A DNA stretch of 64,000 nt from the human T2T-CHM13v2.0 reference genome, Homo sapiens: NCBI RefSeq assembly GCF_009914755.1, contig NC_060934.1, one strand, 5' to 3'. Made by a program: the position numbers and the translations under genes. The notes beneath the pieces are model-generated. The model was not told the DNA's origin. It did no database searches and saw only the letters and a list, made by a program, of their open reading frames with translations. Below, in pieces: positions 1-12,200 of the stretch (positions are counted from its first letter, which is position 1; every line of letters begins with the position of its first letter).

Positions 1-66
1 ACTATGATTGCACCACTGCACTCTAACCTGGGGAACAGAGTGAGATCCTGTCTCTTAAAACAAAAA
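1..66 (+). mobile_element. Alu 3' end (old, AluJ-like), cut by the window edge
   Basis: ctatgattgcaccactgcactctaacctggggaacagagtgagatcctgtctc followed by an A-rich tail. Confidence 0.85.
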
Positions 67-530
67 TTGCTTTGTCCATATATTAGAGTCAAGGAATTTA
101 AAGAAAACCGCCTTTTTAAAACAGTGTCTCAGAGCATCAAACCTTGGTTTAGAAACCTTGGAGGAAGTTTCTTTAATGAGTATGGTGTCAGTTTTCTTAA
201 GGGCAGAATGAGTTTAAAATCTGACCTCATATCATTGTCTAGAGTGGTGTCTACATTACCTCCACACTGAAAAATATAAATACGTTATTGCTCTTTGATT
301 CACAGCAAACCGTGATATAAACTGGTTATCTTTATATATCAGTACATTTTTTTTTCCTGTGAGTATTATTACCCAGAGTTTCCAAGTAAAGATTTTCAAG
401 GGAAACAGCTGTGGTTTGAAAAGGTTTGTGATAATCCAGATGGTTTCTTTGAGGATAAATCTACTTGATCATTTAAAATTAAAGTCTTTCAGTACAGTTG
501 AGTGTTTCTTTATGATTTTAAACACACTAC

Positions 531-586
531 TGTGTGTGAGTGAGTGAGAGTGTGTGTGTATGTGTGTGAGAGAGAGAGAGAGAGAG

Positions 587-625
<39 letters not shown>
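531..625 (+). repeat. Compound (TG)n(AG)n(TG)n microsatellite
   Basis: Imperfect TG/TGAG run, about 11 AG units, then pure (TG)17 at 591-625. Confidence 0.97.
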
Positions 626-627
<2 letters not shown>

Positions 628-2770
628 CTACCATTGGCCTTTGGGGCTTTATCTTTGGAAACAGCAAAAATCTCATACCAGTGTCTCAAATTATCTAACA
701 GTTAAGCAGGCAAAATACCTGAGGGAACTCTTCATGACAGCAGAAACTATTAGTGAAAAAATATAGCGAGACACCAGCTACCCTGTGTGGAGTATGTCAC
801 ACTCAGCCTCTCTGGGAATTGCCACTCTCCACTTCTGATCCATGATGGCATAATCATAGCTCACAATTATAATACTGATTACAGATTGCTTTCCAAGCTG
901 AACATATGCAACTGTATTGCTAAACTTACCAATTTCAGGGAATCTGGGCGTCAAAAGCATCCACATCCCTGCAGCAGGCCCCTGGGGAGGTAGGCAGGGT
1001 GACAGCTGGGAAATGGGGAACCAGGGCTTTCCATACCTGTCTCCTTCTCTCAGTGTCCAGGATCTTCTTGCTGCTTCATGGCTGCCCCGAGATGCTCCCT
1101 GTGAGGCCCCCCCGGGCCTGCCTTCACAGACAATGCTCTGTGCCCCTGGACCTTTCTTCTGTGCTTTTTCTGTCTTGTGTTCCTTTCCTAAGGGCCCTGC
1201 TAGATGTTGACAGTGAACAGCAGAATCACAGTGATGTGTTAGTGGCCAGTAAGATCTGGTGTATTTCCCCTCTAAGTTACAGAGAATCAGCACAGTCTTT
1301 TTGTAGTCAACAGAAGAAGTCATCACTAGTGGGACTGCTAGGCTCTGTATGGACCTAAGACTGTGATATTTGGTTCTGGGCTCACCTCTCCCGAGTTTTC
1401 CACTGGACCTGATGGACCTATGAATTTTAAAAGTCCTGGTGAGGAGTCGTGGGAGGTGCTTGTTAAACTGGCACATGAAGAAGGATGGTGTTTTTTTGTG
1501 TTTTGGGTTTTTTTTTTTTTTTTTTTTGCTTCAAGGACCAAAGCTTTTATTATTACAATGAATTGTTGAGGTCGCTGAAACAAGGGATATCCTGAAGTCA
1601 CCCGGGCATGGAACACCATGTTTGTCTTTTCTAACTAGGCCACTGCCACTGGCAGAAGCTCCTGAATGAGTAGATAAGCAGTGGCATGAATCGTCCCATG
1701 CAGGTGCTTATTAGATAGTGTCAAATGAGCAAAGTGGAAATAGGTGAAGCAGCAGAAATTACCAGCATTAAGCAGCAATGGGAGGGTTGAGACCTGCAGA
1801 AGCACCTGGTTCATCAGACTGCATCAGCCTGTGCTGATCCCCAGAGCCCCCTGGCCGGTCACCTCTAACATGGAGCGAGGCCTCTCACTCCACTCCATGG
1901 ACAGTAGGGAAGGTGGGTTTCCCAGAATGAATTCTGAAGCCCAAGGGACTGTCCCCTCTGATGCATGGTGCGACCACTGACCATCAAAGAGCCAGCCCCT
2001 GGGTGTTGTAGATGTGTGACTACCCCTTACACCGATGTTGGAAACAGAGCCTGCAGGGGAGGAGGCTTGCCCCTGAATCAGACTGCTGAGCCATCTGGTG
2101 CTGCAGCTGACCTGGAGAGGAATCCAGTACATTTCAGACCTGAGTTACAGCTGGCGTGGGGAAATCTAGGAGACAGGTGGTTCCCTTAACAGCTGTATAT
2201 TTGGTTAGGGCTGACAAGAAAGAAAATTTCATCCTTGTTGAGCCTTCGTGGTTTTTCAGGGATCTGTAGTAGCTCCTTGACCTTTTGCCATAATAATTGT
2301 CATTTCAGGGAAAATAATGATATTTCTCTCTTTGTTGAAATATTGTCTGCAGGTGGGTAATCTAATATTTTACAGGAGCATATTAAGTGATAGGTGGATA
2401 AAAAGACTATGGTTGTTAACTAGGAGAAACTCATAGAAAGTCTTTCAAACACATTCCAGTATCTGGAAAGGTACACACTACAGTCCTGCTGGGGAAAAAC
2501 ACTAATTGCTGTATCTAAGCTGACTGTTTCAATTTGGAGGTCTGTATTCATCCTGCAAATTTTAATAAAACTTAACCAATCACTGTACTTGTTAAGTGAA
2601 CCATTATGAATGCTGAACAAAGCATAAGACTTCCTTTAGTCTAATAGAAGTAAAGAATGCTTTTGACCCTTTTTCTTTTTTGGTCCTGAATGAAACACTT
2701 TGGCTGCATATCCACCTAGTTTCGTGGGGGGATATTAAGCAGACCTGCTTTTTACTTACTGATGAGACTA

Positions 2771-3071
2771 GGCCGGGCACAGTAGCTCATGCCTATAGTC
2801 TAAGGGCTTTGGGAGGCCGAGGTGGGAGGACCACTTGAGGCCAGGAGTCCAAGACCAGCCTGGGCAACATAGTGGGACCCCTATCTCTACAAAAATGTAA
2901 AAAGTAGTCAGGCATGGTAGCACACACCTGTACTCCCAGGTACTCAGGGAAGGGGCAGGAGAACCACTTGAGCCAAGGAGTTCAAGGCTGCAGTGAGCTG
3001 TGATCACACCACTGCATTCCAGCCAGGACAACAGAGTGACATCCTGTCTCAAAAATAAATAAATTTTTTAA
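2771..3071 (+). mobile_element. Full-length AluJ
   Basis: Starts ggccgggcacagtagctca; dimeric; J-type features (gagttcaaggctgcagtgagctgtgat). Flanked by tgatgagacta (2760-2770) and tgatgaaacta (3072-3082), a TSD with one mismatch. Confidence 0.93.
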
Positions 3072-6000
3072 TGATGAAACTAACTAAGGTACTGAGGAGG
3101 TAAGATATTTCCCCACGGTAAGTCATTCAGAAACTAAATGTGAAAAACCAAAAGAAGCCTCTGGGGTTAGTATTCCCAGTCTCCTTGTCTGCCCAGGACC
3201 CCACATTTGTGTAAGTTGCTAATTGCACAAGGGTATCCTACTGAGGCCGTGAATAGAGTAGAAATCCAGGCTGGGATGGGCTTATCAAGCCATGGACTGT
3301 GGCAAGGAGCTACGCCCACCTGGAGATGGGATCCCCTCTTGGAATCGGCACAAAGGCTCCAGGCTTCCCTGCCAAACGCGGCGCCTGTGGAGCTGTGCTG
3401 GGGCTCAGCTCTTGGGTCGGACAGATGAACGGTAAGGCACATTAGCAGTGTTACCTACGGTATCCTCCTGCGTGTCACACTGGAACTAGAGCTTCTCTTG
3501 GCATGATGTTAAAGAATACCTGTTTAGATGAGTGTACACTTTTAACTGAAACACTTAAGAACTATGCATAGTTGGAAGAGGATCTGTAGTGATAAGTGAC
3601 TGACTTCACCGTACTAGTTGTAAAGGCAGAGTGGACCTTGGATGAAACTAGAAAGTATTTGAGATCTTGGGGATCTTCCCATCTCCCCTTCTGTATGTTT
3701 GAGTCCTTTCTTCCTTCCTTTCTCCTATTCACCTGCCATCCCACCCTGCTTAGATACCAGCTTCAATCTGTCCGTTTCTGAAAAACAAAAACCACCCACC
3801 TTCTTTTCACTAAGAACTTTGTTCAAGAGGAAGACCCTTTAAAGTAGCTAAAATCACACTAAGCTGTAATAACTAGCAACAATTAAATGTCTCCTTCCTC
3901 AAGGGTCATGTTTTAGTATGTAAATAGCAGAAGGACTACACCTTCCTAGTGGACTCTCAGGCAGCGAGCCATGGCAGGGATTTTGCTTGGGTGTCTGAGG
4001 CAGGAGTGCTCCCTTTATCCCTGAGACCACTGTATGTTGGTCAAAGCTCTCCACAGCTGGCTCACACAGAAGTGCACACAATTCACTCCATTTACGTCAT
4101 CATTGTTCCTTGTCGCTTTTATCTTAGCGTTGTTTAATTCTCTATTTTCATTTTCCCTGTCATACCATTGGTCTTCCAGACCAACCTCAACTCTTCGTTC
4201 TTGGCTGTGGCGTGGCCAAACTGGCATCGGTTTTTCATCTCCTGAACTTACTCTTTCGTAATTTCCTTTATTTCAGCCAGTAAATGGCTGCATCCCTAAG
4301 TCTTCTTTTTTAAAACATCTCATTCCCAAAAGTTACCTGCCTGAAAGTATCAGATTCTGCTTTTTTTTTTTTTTAACTGTGGTTATTAAATGAGGCGGTA
4401 ATTCAGAACTTCCCCACTGCTTCCTTATCCAGAAGCTAACGCCATAAGCCCAGGACAGGGAAAGGAGAAGTCACTGAGACTGTGTTTGCTAGAAGCGTTT
4501 AGTAAGGCTTGTCCTGTTTTTCTTTGTATACCAAGCCTGATGAGGCATGGTTGGTGTTTTTCTTCTAAAAATGGTTACTGGAAACTGGGATGTTAGTTTC
4601 CTTTTGGAAATTATTCCTTGGCATGAAGCAATTCCTATGGCTTTTCTGGGGCTTACATCACGCCACTGAAGCTGAACTCACCAGTGAAGTTGATCGGTTC
4701 AGTAAAAAATCTACCATCAAGAAGCAGAGCCAAGTGGATTCTGGTCAAAGAACTCAAAATAGCTGAAATAAGATGCTCGTGAAAATGGTCAGTCTCTTCA
4801 GGTTGATTCTTTAAAGAAATGTTATAATGTTCAGTTCCCTTCATTCAAGTGATACATTTGAAGGGTTCCTGATCTTTGGATGCGTGGAGTTTTTCAAATG
4901 CCAAGATGCTATGGTCATAGTCTACCTTGTCCAAAAGGCAAAGGTTTTGTATATATTGACTGTCAGTAGACTCTAACTAAATCAAGTGTAAAATGACAAG
5001 GTTTCAAATTTCTCTTCCAAACGAGGAAGAATCTTGGATGTCTTTAGAAATCTTGTATGAATGAGATTATACTTTATTTTCCCCCTGAAATGGCAGCACC
5101 TCTCAAAGCTCTTCTGGCCCCTGTCTGGCTCCGTGCGTTATGTTCCTTTAATAAAGCCAAAATAAAATACATACAGTCTTGGTGAGTGCATCACTTTACT
5201 TTTTTTCCTCAACCACTTACCAAAGACAGCCCAGATCAAAGGTTAGCATCTTTGTTTCTTAAATTTCAAGTTTTTGTCCTACCCTCTTTTCCCAAACTGA
5301 TTGTGCTGAGAAACTATATTGCTGAACAAATAGCCAATATCTTTATCTACAAGTTGAAGAAGGTGCAAGCCCTCCTCCAGGATGCAGAAGGAATAGTCTA
5401 GGATTTCCATACCGTTTTCTTTGGTGGAGGAGGTTGGCTGGAAAAAGGATATATGCTGGCCTGCGCGGAAGGGCCGGGGACTCCCACAGGCTCTTTGGAA
5501 AGGAGGAATCAAAATGTTGCCAGTTTGTATGCCACAGCCATATATGTAATGCATGGGCCAGAGTCCACTAACATCTGTTTGGGCATGTACCCATCTGTAT
5601 TGTAGCTTAATTTCTAAACCAGTTAAAATACAGTCTTCCGTATTGGCAAATGAGTATTGAGGGTCATATGTACAGAACTTTACATCATGTAATGTGGTGG
5701 AGATAAAGAAGAATGCACTATCCCAGCTTTTAAGAAGCTTATAATCCAGTTGTTTGAAGCTTTGAGTTTAGAAAGTCTTTCAAAAACCTGACGTTCTGGA
5801 GATACACTTTAAGAAAATTATAATTAATGTAAGCTTGTGCTGTTGTTATTGTGATTAAATGCTTCTCTTCACGTAGGTGCTATAACACAGGTCCCATTCA
5901 CATCTCACCCATTCCTCCACCACCTCCCACCCTCATTCTTGAATAGCTGTATTCCAGAGAGGTGAGGCACAGAGTCAGGAATTGATCTCCAACGTGGGTA

Positions 6001-6193
6001 AAGCTAATAAATATGATTTAGGATGAAAAGGTACTGTGTAAATGCTTGAGATGTTGTTATTGCTGTTCTCATATGCTTTATTATTTTTAAATTGTGCGTC
6101 CTTTTAAGTAGATTGTTTGTTCGCCACAGTCTCCATTATATCTAAGCAAAGCATTCACAGAAATTTCTAAAACCTTTTCATTTCTCTCTGTAG

Positions 6194-6276
6194 GTTGTTG
6201 TTTCGTAACATTTTATACAAGAAAAGCTGCACTTGAGGCCCAGAATGCACTGCACAATATTAAAACTTTACCTGGG
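6194..6276 (+). CDS. CELF2: CELF2 coding exon A (83 nt, phase 1 to 0): RRM1 RNP1 and helix 2
   Basis: Acceptor ttttcatttctctctgtag|GT, donor GGG|gtgagt. Translates (G)[27 protein letters not shown]. Not represented in the ORF track. Confidence 0.96.
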
Positions 6277-9200
6277 GTGAGTCGGTTTACTTTTGTACCA
6301 GAATCACTTTATTGCTTGAAAATGGTCCTTTCAACTGAAGGTTCTAGTTATGGGCTCTTAGTGCCAAAAATGACTTTGGTCTTTTGAGGAGTGTGTGCTG
6401 ACCCCCCAGTTCCCTGCAGCAGCCACACCAGCTGGCCAGCCCATAAAGGAGCGCTGGCATTAACACTGACGGGAAGCATTCTCAAATAGTGCATCCCCTG
6501 GTTAGAAAATCAGAGTGACCCCACTGGGCAGCCACGGCTGCCAAAGAGTATTGGGTGGGCTAAGATTTTAAAAGGAAAAAAAAACCCAACACACACAAGA
6601 GAAGCAAATGGAAAAGAAAAAGCTTTTATTCACCAGGAGCTCCTTTTCAAATTTTGTCTTTAGATTTTCTTTTGAAAGGACAAAATGTACCCTTTACAGC
6701 CATAATATTAAGCCTCCTAATGGTTTCTAAACAGTCAATGGTGGTTAACAAAGTCAGTGTTTTAATACCCAATTTGTGGCTTCATGTTGATATAGGACAG
6801 AAAATACAAAGCTTACAATTTTTTTCTCCGTTTCCTTCCCAGTAATATTTGATAGTTGGCACAATTCACCAGAAATGAACTGATGTTGCATGTAGGAACA
6901 CCAGAATACAGTTTTTCTAAAGGATTTTGTGGCACTTTTATGTATTTCATGCTATTAATTTCCTGATGCTGTTTGAATGTTTTCCCCATTGACCCAAATA
7001 TCAGTGATGAGTTCATAATGACATGCATTTGTTATAATGAAGCACCTGTGGTAACCAGTGCAAGGATAATGATTTTATTGAAACCTAGTTTGATAAGAAT
7101 AAAAGAAAGATAAGATAATGTCCCTAATGTTTTCAGGGTATAATTCTACCTTTGTGTCTTTTATTTGTCTCTGAACGCATACACAAACACCTCTGTGTAT
7201 ATACACATTCACACATGCACACATAACCATTGAACCACCACAGGCCCCCAGAAAAGATAGCATTTGTATGATTCATCCTAGACTCGTTCACAATACAAGA
7301 TCATAGTGGCAAAAAGCTCAGCAAAAGATTTTCACAACATGAGGTTCTTCATCACCCAAAAGTCATAAATTAAGAACCTTGATTTTGAATCATACTACTT
7401 TGGTATTCCCCTTTGTATGCGAGGAAATCAAAGAATAGAAGGTTCGAAGAAGCAAGTGTGTGGTCCCACAATGGTCCTGCCCAGTTTCACTGCTTCTCTC
7501 TGAAACTGCTAAGGTGGTTCTTAGTAAAGCTGTTTTTATTGAGTCTAAGTGCTTCACTCAGTGACTTTAAAAAAATTGTATTATTTTATCTGCATTCTTC
7601 ATGTAAATGGACTTTTTTTTAACACAGATTCTAGGAGATTGCAGTGTTGGGTCACATTGTGGAATGAACAAGCCAAGGCAAATATTTACTGACTCAGCCA
7701 ATAATAGATGAAAATCATTTTTATTTCCCAGGCTCCTAATCAAACCCAAAGACCACTTTGTATTTCTTCTTTTAAAAACAAATGCTTTCTAGTAATGAGC
7801 ATGCCGAATCCCTTCTAGGTGTGTTTTTTAAAATTACTTGAGACAGTGAACTGTTGTTAATTTAGCATTTAAGGTATAGTGTAGTTTGATGCCAAGTCAC
7901 ATCATATTTTAAGTGAATGCAGAGCTTGGTGAATATGTATTTATCCCTCTACTAGAAACACAGCTCCCAGCATGCGATCTTCATAGTCGAGGGTGCGCTC
8001 AAGAAACCCAGAGTGAATATGATGAATGGGGCATGTTGAAATGCATGAAAGCGACTTATGAGTATGCTTCTGTTTGGGATTCTTACACTGACTCTTAGAA
8101 AACAACATGTTTTATATTTTTTAAATATTGTACGTGTGTTACTTCTTTTCTTCCTAAAAATCCTGCATGTAGAATTCAGGGGAGGTGATGTTACAGACCC
8201 ACTGTCAAGGACAATAATTTGGGAGCTGGAAAAGTTGGTCGGTGGATTATTTTTGGTTTTCTCCTTATCTAGTTTCATATGCCCAATTACTTGAGGCAGG
8301 TTGAAGGAATTTGAAAAGTCAGATCTGATTTGTAAGGCTGATAGCCTTTCCAGTGCACACACTTGCTACATTTGCTATTCCAAATATGGTAAATGAGGAG
8401 AGAGTTTCACATCTTGCATTTATGTACAGCTTCGTCCAGTACACATTACCCTTAACAGCTATAGGAAAAACATGAAAGTGTTTTCCTTTTAGCTGTGTGA
8501 GTCTTTGGTGGACAGAAAGAAATGGGACCAGACATAAAAGATTAATGCATATTCTTGGAAGAAAAAATATTACAGGGTGCCTTGCGGTTTGATTACAAGC
8601 CTTGAAATTAGTCAACATTTCCATAATTCTAAACCAATATACACCTGTTTTCCCACTGTGATGTGAAGGCACAACTTAATTTAACAGAGACCCTGCTGTG
8701 CTAAATCTCTCATTAAATACCAAGTGAGTTCGGTAATTTAAAGTTGTACACTACTATTTTAACTGGTTGCCTTCATATTATGAAATTAATAAGAAATTAA
8801 TGATGCACTTTGCCATATGCCTTCAATTTCTTTCTGAATAAAACTAAAAGTGATAAAGAAAAAATACATCACCAGCTGACACTTTAAAGCTTTTCTGGTT
8901 GTAATCATTTTCCTGTGGATAAAATCCATTAAAAAGTCACTTGCTGCCTTTTTTCTAAAGTGTCCAAAACTTTCGATTTAAAACAAGATCAAATAATGCT
9001 AGGGTTTTTTCCGATGTAATTTTCTTTTGCAGTTGATGTTTTGTTTCATAAGGAACTTTTATTATGCGGCCAAGCTTGATTGATGTTTGGAGTTTGCTTT
9101 CCTCTGTATGCGCCATCTTTCTTTCTTGAGGGACACAAAGAACTTGGTTAGTTAGGAAGCAGAAACAAGTTGATAGGATGGTCTGTTGTGCAATCAAATG

Positions 9201-12200
9201 TGTCTGCCATAAGATTTTGATTTAAAGGCACCCTCCTTTACATGTCAGGAATGAATTTTAGAAACCCTTTACATGGGGCTGGAGAAACGACTCCCAGATT
9301 GAGGTGACAGATCAGGGCTCTTACGGAGCAGTGCAAAATCATTGAAGACACGTTTCTCAAACTTGCCTCTTACTGGGTAACCAAAGAAGACGCTCTGTTT
9401 TACATCCCCTGAAATTCTCAACATAAACCCTAGAAATACAATGGCAGTCATAAAGGAAGCAAATTCAACAGCTCAACACAGAGCAAGGGATGAGAGTCTG
9501 GGAGTCCTTCCCTTGGTTTGATCACACATCTCCTCTAGAAGTGGTTGCTGGATGCTCCAGCAACAGAAGAAATTTTAGGTACAGTGCCTCATTAGTTACT
9601 GACATTTCATGAGATTAATCCCAAATGATCATGGAGTGCCTACAGTGTGCCTAGCTCTAAGCTAGGTATTGGCAGGAAGTAGCAGGGATCGAGCCCAAGG
9701 GGGCCTCTAGCTAATCTAGCTGGAAGGGTGGACAGTAGACAGGTAGTTAATACTTACATGGTTCGTGCTTTCACGCTTTTCTGCTGCAGAATACCCATTC
9801 CACCACACACACACATCCTTGAGATGCCTAGTAAGTAGAGCCTTTGTAGCCTGAAGATAACACTGTGAGTGTATCTGCACAGGCTGGGCTACCTGAGAAG
9901 CTGTTGGATTTGGTGCCTTGTTAGGCTGACTTTTCCTACTGCTGGGCCATTTATGGTTTTGGACTAATTTTGGTTGCACCTGCTTTGATGATATGTCAAT
10001 TTGGGGTTAAAGATAGCATCCCTTCTTGAGGGTTTTATCTAGGCACAACCTAACTGGTAGTTTGTTCAGTAGAAATGTCATTATCTACCATTGTGTTTCC
10101 CAGAGGGACATCTTTGTCAAGGCAACTTGCAAGATTTTCATTTTGTTTTTTATTGAGCTAATTTAGCTCAATTAAAAAATAAAGTAAAATAGAGACTTAC
10201 CTGAGGCCCAGAAAAACTACCAAGATCTTTTCAATAATCAGATGTCAGGGCCAAATATCCTTGTGCTGGTGTCAGCACCGTGCTGGGTGTCATTCTCTTT
10301 CCAAGGTCTTAACACATATTGTCTCTGGTAATAAGGCTTTTGGATTGAAATCCACAGCAGTATCATTAGAGCATTCACTGTATAAATTAATTTAATTAAG
10401 GATGTAATAACAGAGAGGAATACAGTTTTGAGAAACCTCTTAAATTTTAACAGCAAGGAGGAAGCTGCGGAATCTAAATGTCTTGTAAAATATTAATTGC
10501 AAATTTCTTCCAGACATCTTCTCTGAATATGCCTTACCCATTTCTTTTTAGAATCACCACCAGTTTTATTAAATGCAGTTTATATTAAGGAGTTATTGCC
10601 CTAAGAGAACATTTGTTTAGAGTGCTCCATTTTAGCAGCAGCATGCCAAAAGATGTTTTACAATAACCCATGCAAGGTGAGCGAGGACTGCCAGAGATCT
10701 GGGGTAGAAAAACAAATGAGCCTGATCCAATCGGAGGAGGCAGGAAGGGAAATGGCCTCCTGGGACAAGTGTGTTCACCCAGGTGGAGTGAATGGGCCCC
10801 TTCCTGGCCTGCCCTGGAAGAGATAATGGACCAGTGTGGGTAGGCACCTTCCTCCCAAGCAGGCTTCACTCTGCTCGCCATGGAGTTGGCCTCTGTTCTT
10901 TCCTAGTGGAGTGCTGCAGTTTCTCTCTTCAGCAAAAAAGCTTGACTCTCACTGGGGCCAAATTTCATTTGCCCATTTTAATGCATTTGGAGGTGTTCAT
11001 TTTCTTTGAACCACCTCTCCTACTTAGTGATAGGTATTAATGCCTTTGTTCTCAGAGCCACGATTATCATCATTTTATCATTGTCATCATCATTATTATT
11101 TTTGCCATAAAATCTCTCAAACCTCATCTCACTGTGTCAGAGAAATTTCTCCTGAAACCATCCCATTGGAATCAAAGCCTAACTGGGCCAAGTTAGAGTA
11201 TTTTTTTCTCACATGCCTTTGGTTTAAAATTATCATGGAAAACAACCGAAACATCTGTATGAACAGGTTTGAGTCCTCGAAGTCTTGTGCCATGCGGGGC
11301 ACACAAAGCGCTGATGCATTTCTTTATTCGGCAACCATGTATTGAACGTTTATTGTTTGCCAGGCACTGTTCTAGATACCAGGGAATACTGTAGTAGCAG
11401 CCATGCCCTTTATAACCAAATCACCAAACCACAAAGCCTGCCACTATGCTTACACGTGGTATGTGTTTAGTAAGTAGCTCTTACATAGTGAATGCCCGAA
11501 TAAGTTAGTTTTTATAATGAAATATTTCCAAAGGCCTACAGTTTTATTTTCTAAAAAAAGATAATTATGCCTAAAAATATTTCAAATGTTCCAAAATATA
11601 AAATGAATGTAGATACGTTATCACATGTATGTGTGTTTAGTGATACAAATTGTTTCATAGACACAGATCTATATATGTGTATGTCTATATGCCCATAAAC
11701 ATACCTTCCACACGTACACCTGTGGATGTCAGTCCAAATAAATGGAGGAAGATGAAAGTTAAAGTCCTCCCCGTTCTCTGTGCAGCCTGCTGGCTTAGTC
11801 TCAATTACTTTGTAGCGAACTTTCTTATTTGAGGCTTCACCAACGATCTCAGTTCCTTGGTGTAATTATAATTCTTTGTTTATGGGTGCTTTGAGTCTGG
11901 ATCATGGCAGATTCATGGTGCGTGTTAGAGAGGGTGCTTGAGAAATGGCCGTGCGATGATGGTGAGCTCTGCTTCCCAGCATCCTCACAGTCAGGCCTGA
12001 GCGGGGCACTGCCTGAGGAGCTTCCTGAGCCATGAGGAAACATGCCTCAAAAGGCACTGTGTCTGCCTCCTCATTTGTGTAGGTGTGAACTCTCCTTGTG
12101 GAGCACCCCAGCATACAAACGTGTGGAACATACACGTATTCCACACATGTATTCTGCTGCGGAATGTGTCAGTCAGGACATCCATTTGGTGCAGATGCTT

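Noticed and set aside
778-1476. Longest ORF in the track (232 aa, minus strand)
   Set aside because: Non-ATG start, no recognisable domain, antisense in an intron; consistent with chance.
5186-5401. Protein-like ORF tail LRNYIAEQIANIFIYKLKKVQALLQDAEGIV
   Set aside because: No family recognised, no poly-A/TSD of a processed pseudogene, and no convincing splice sites.
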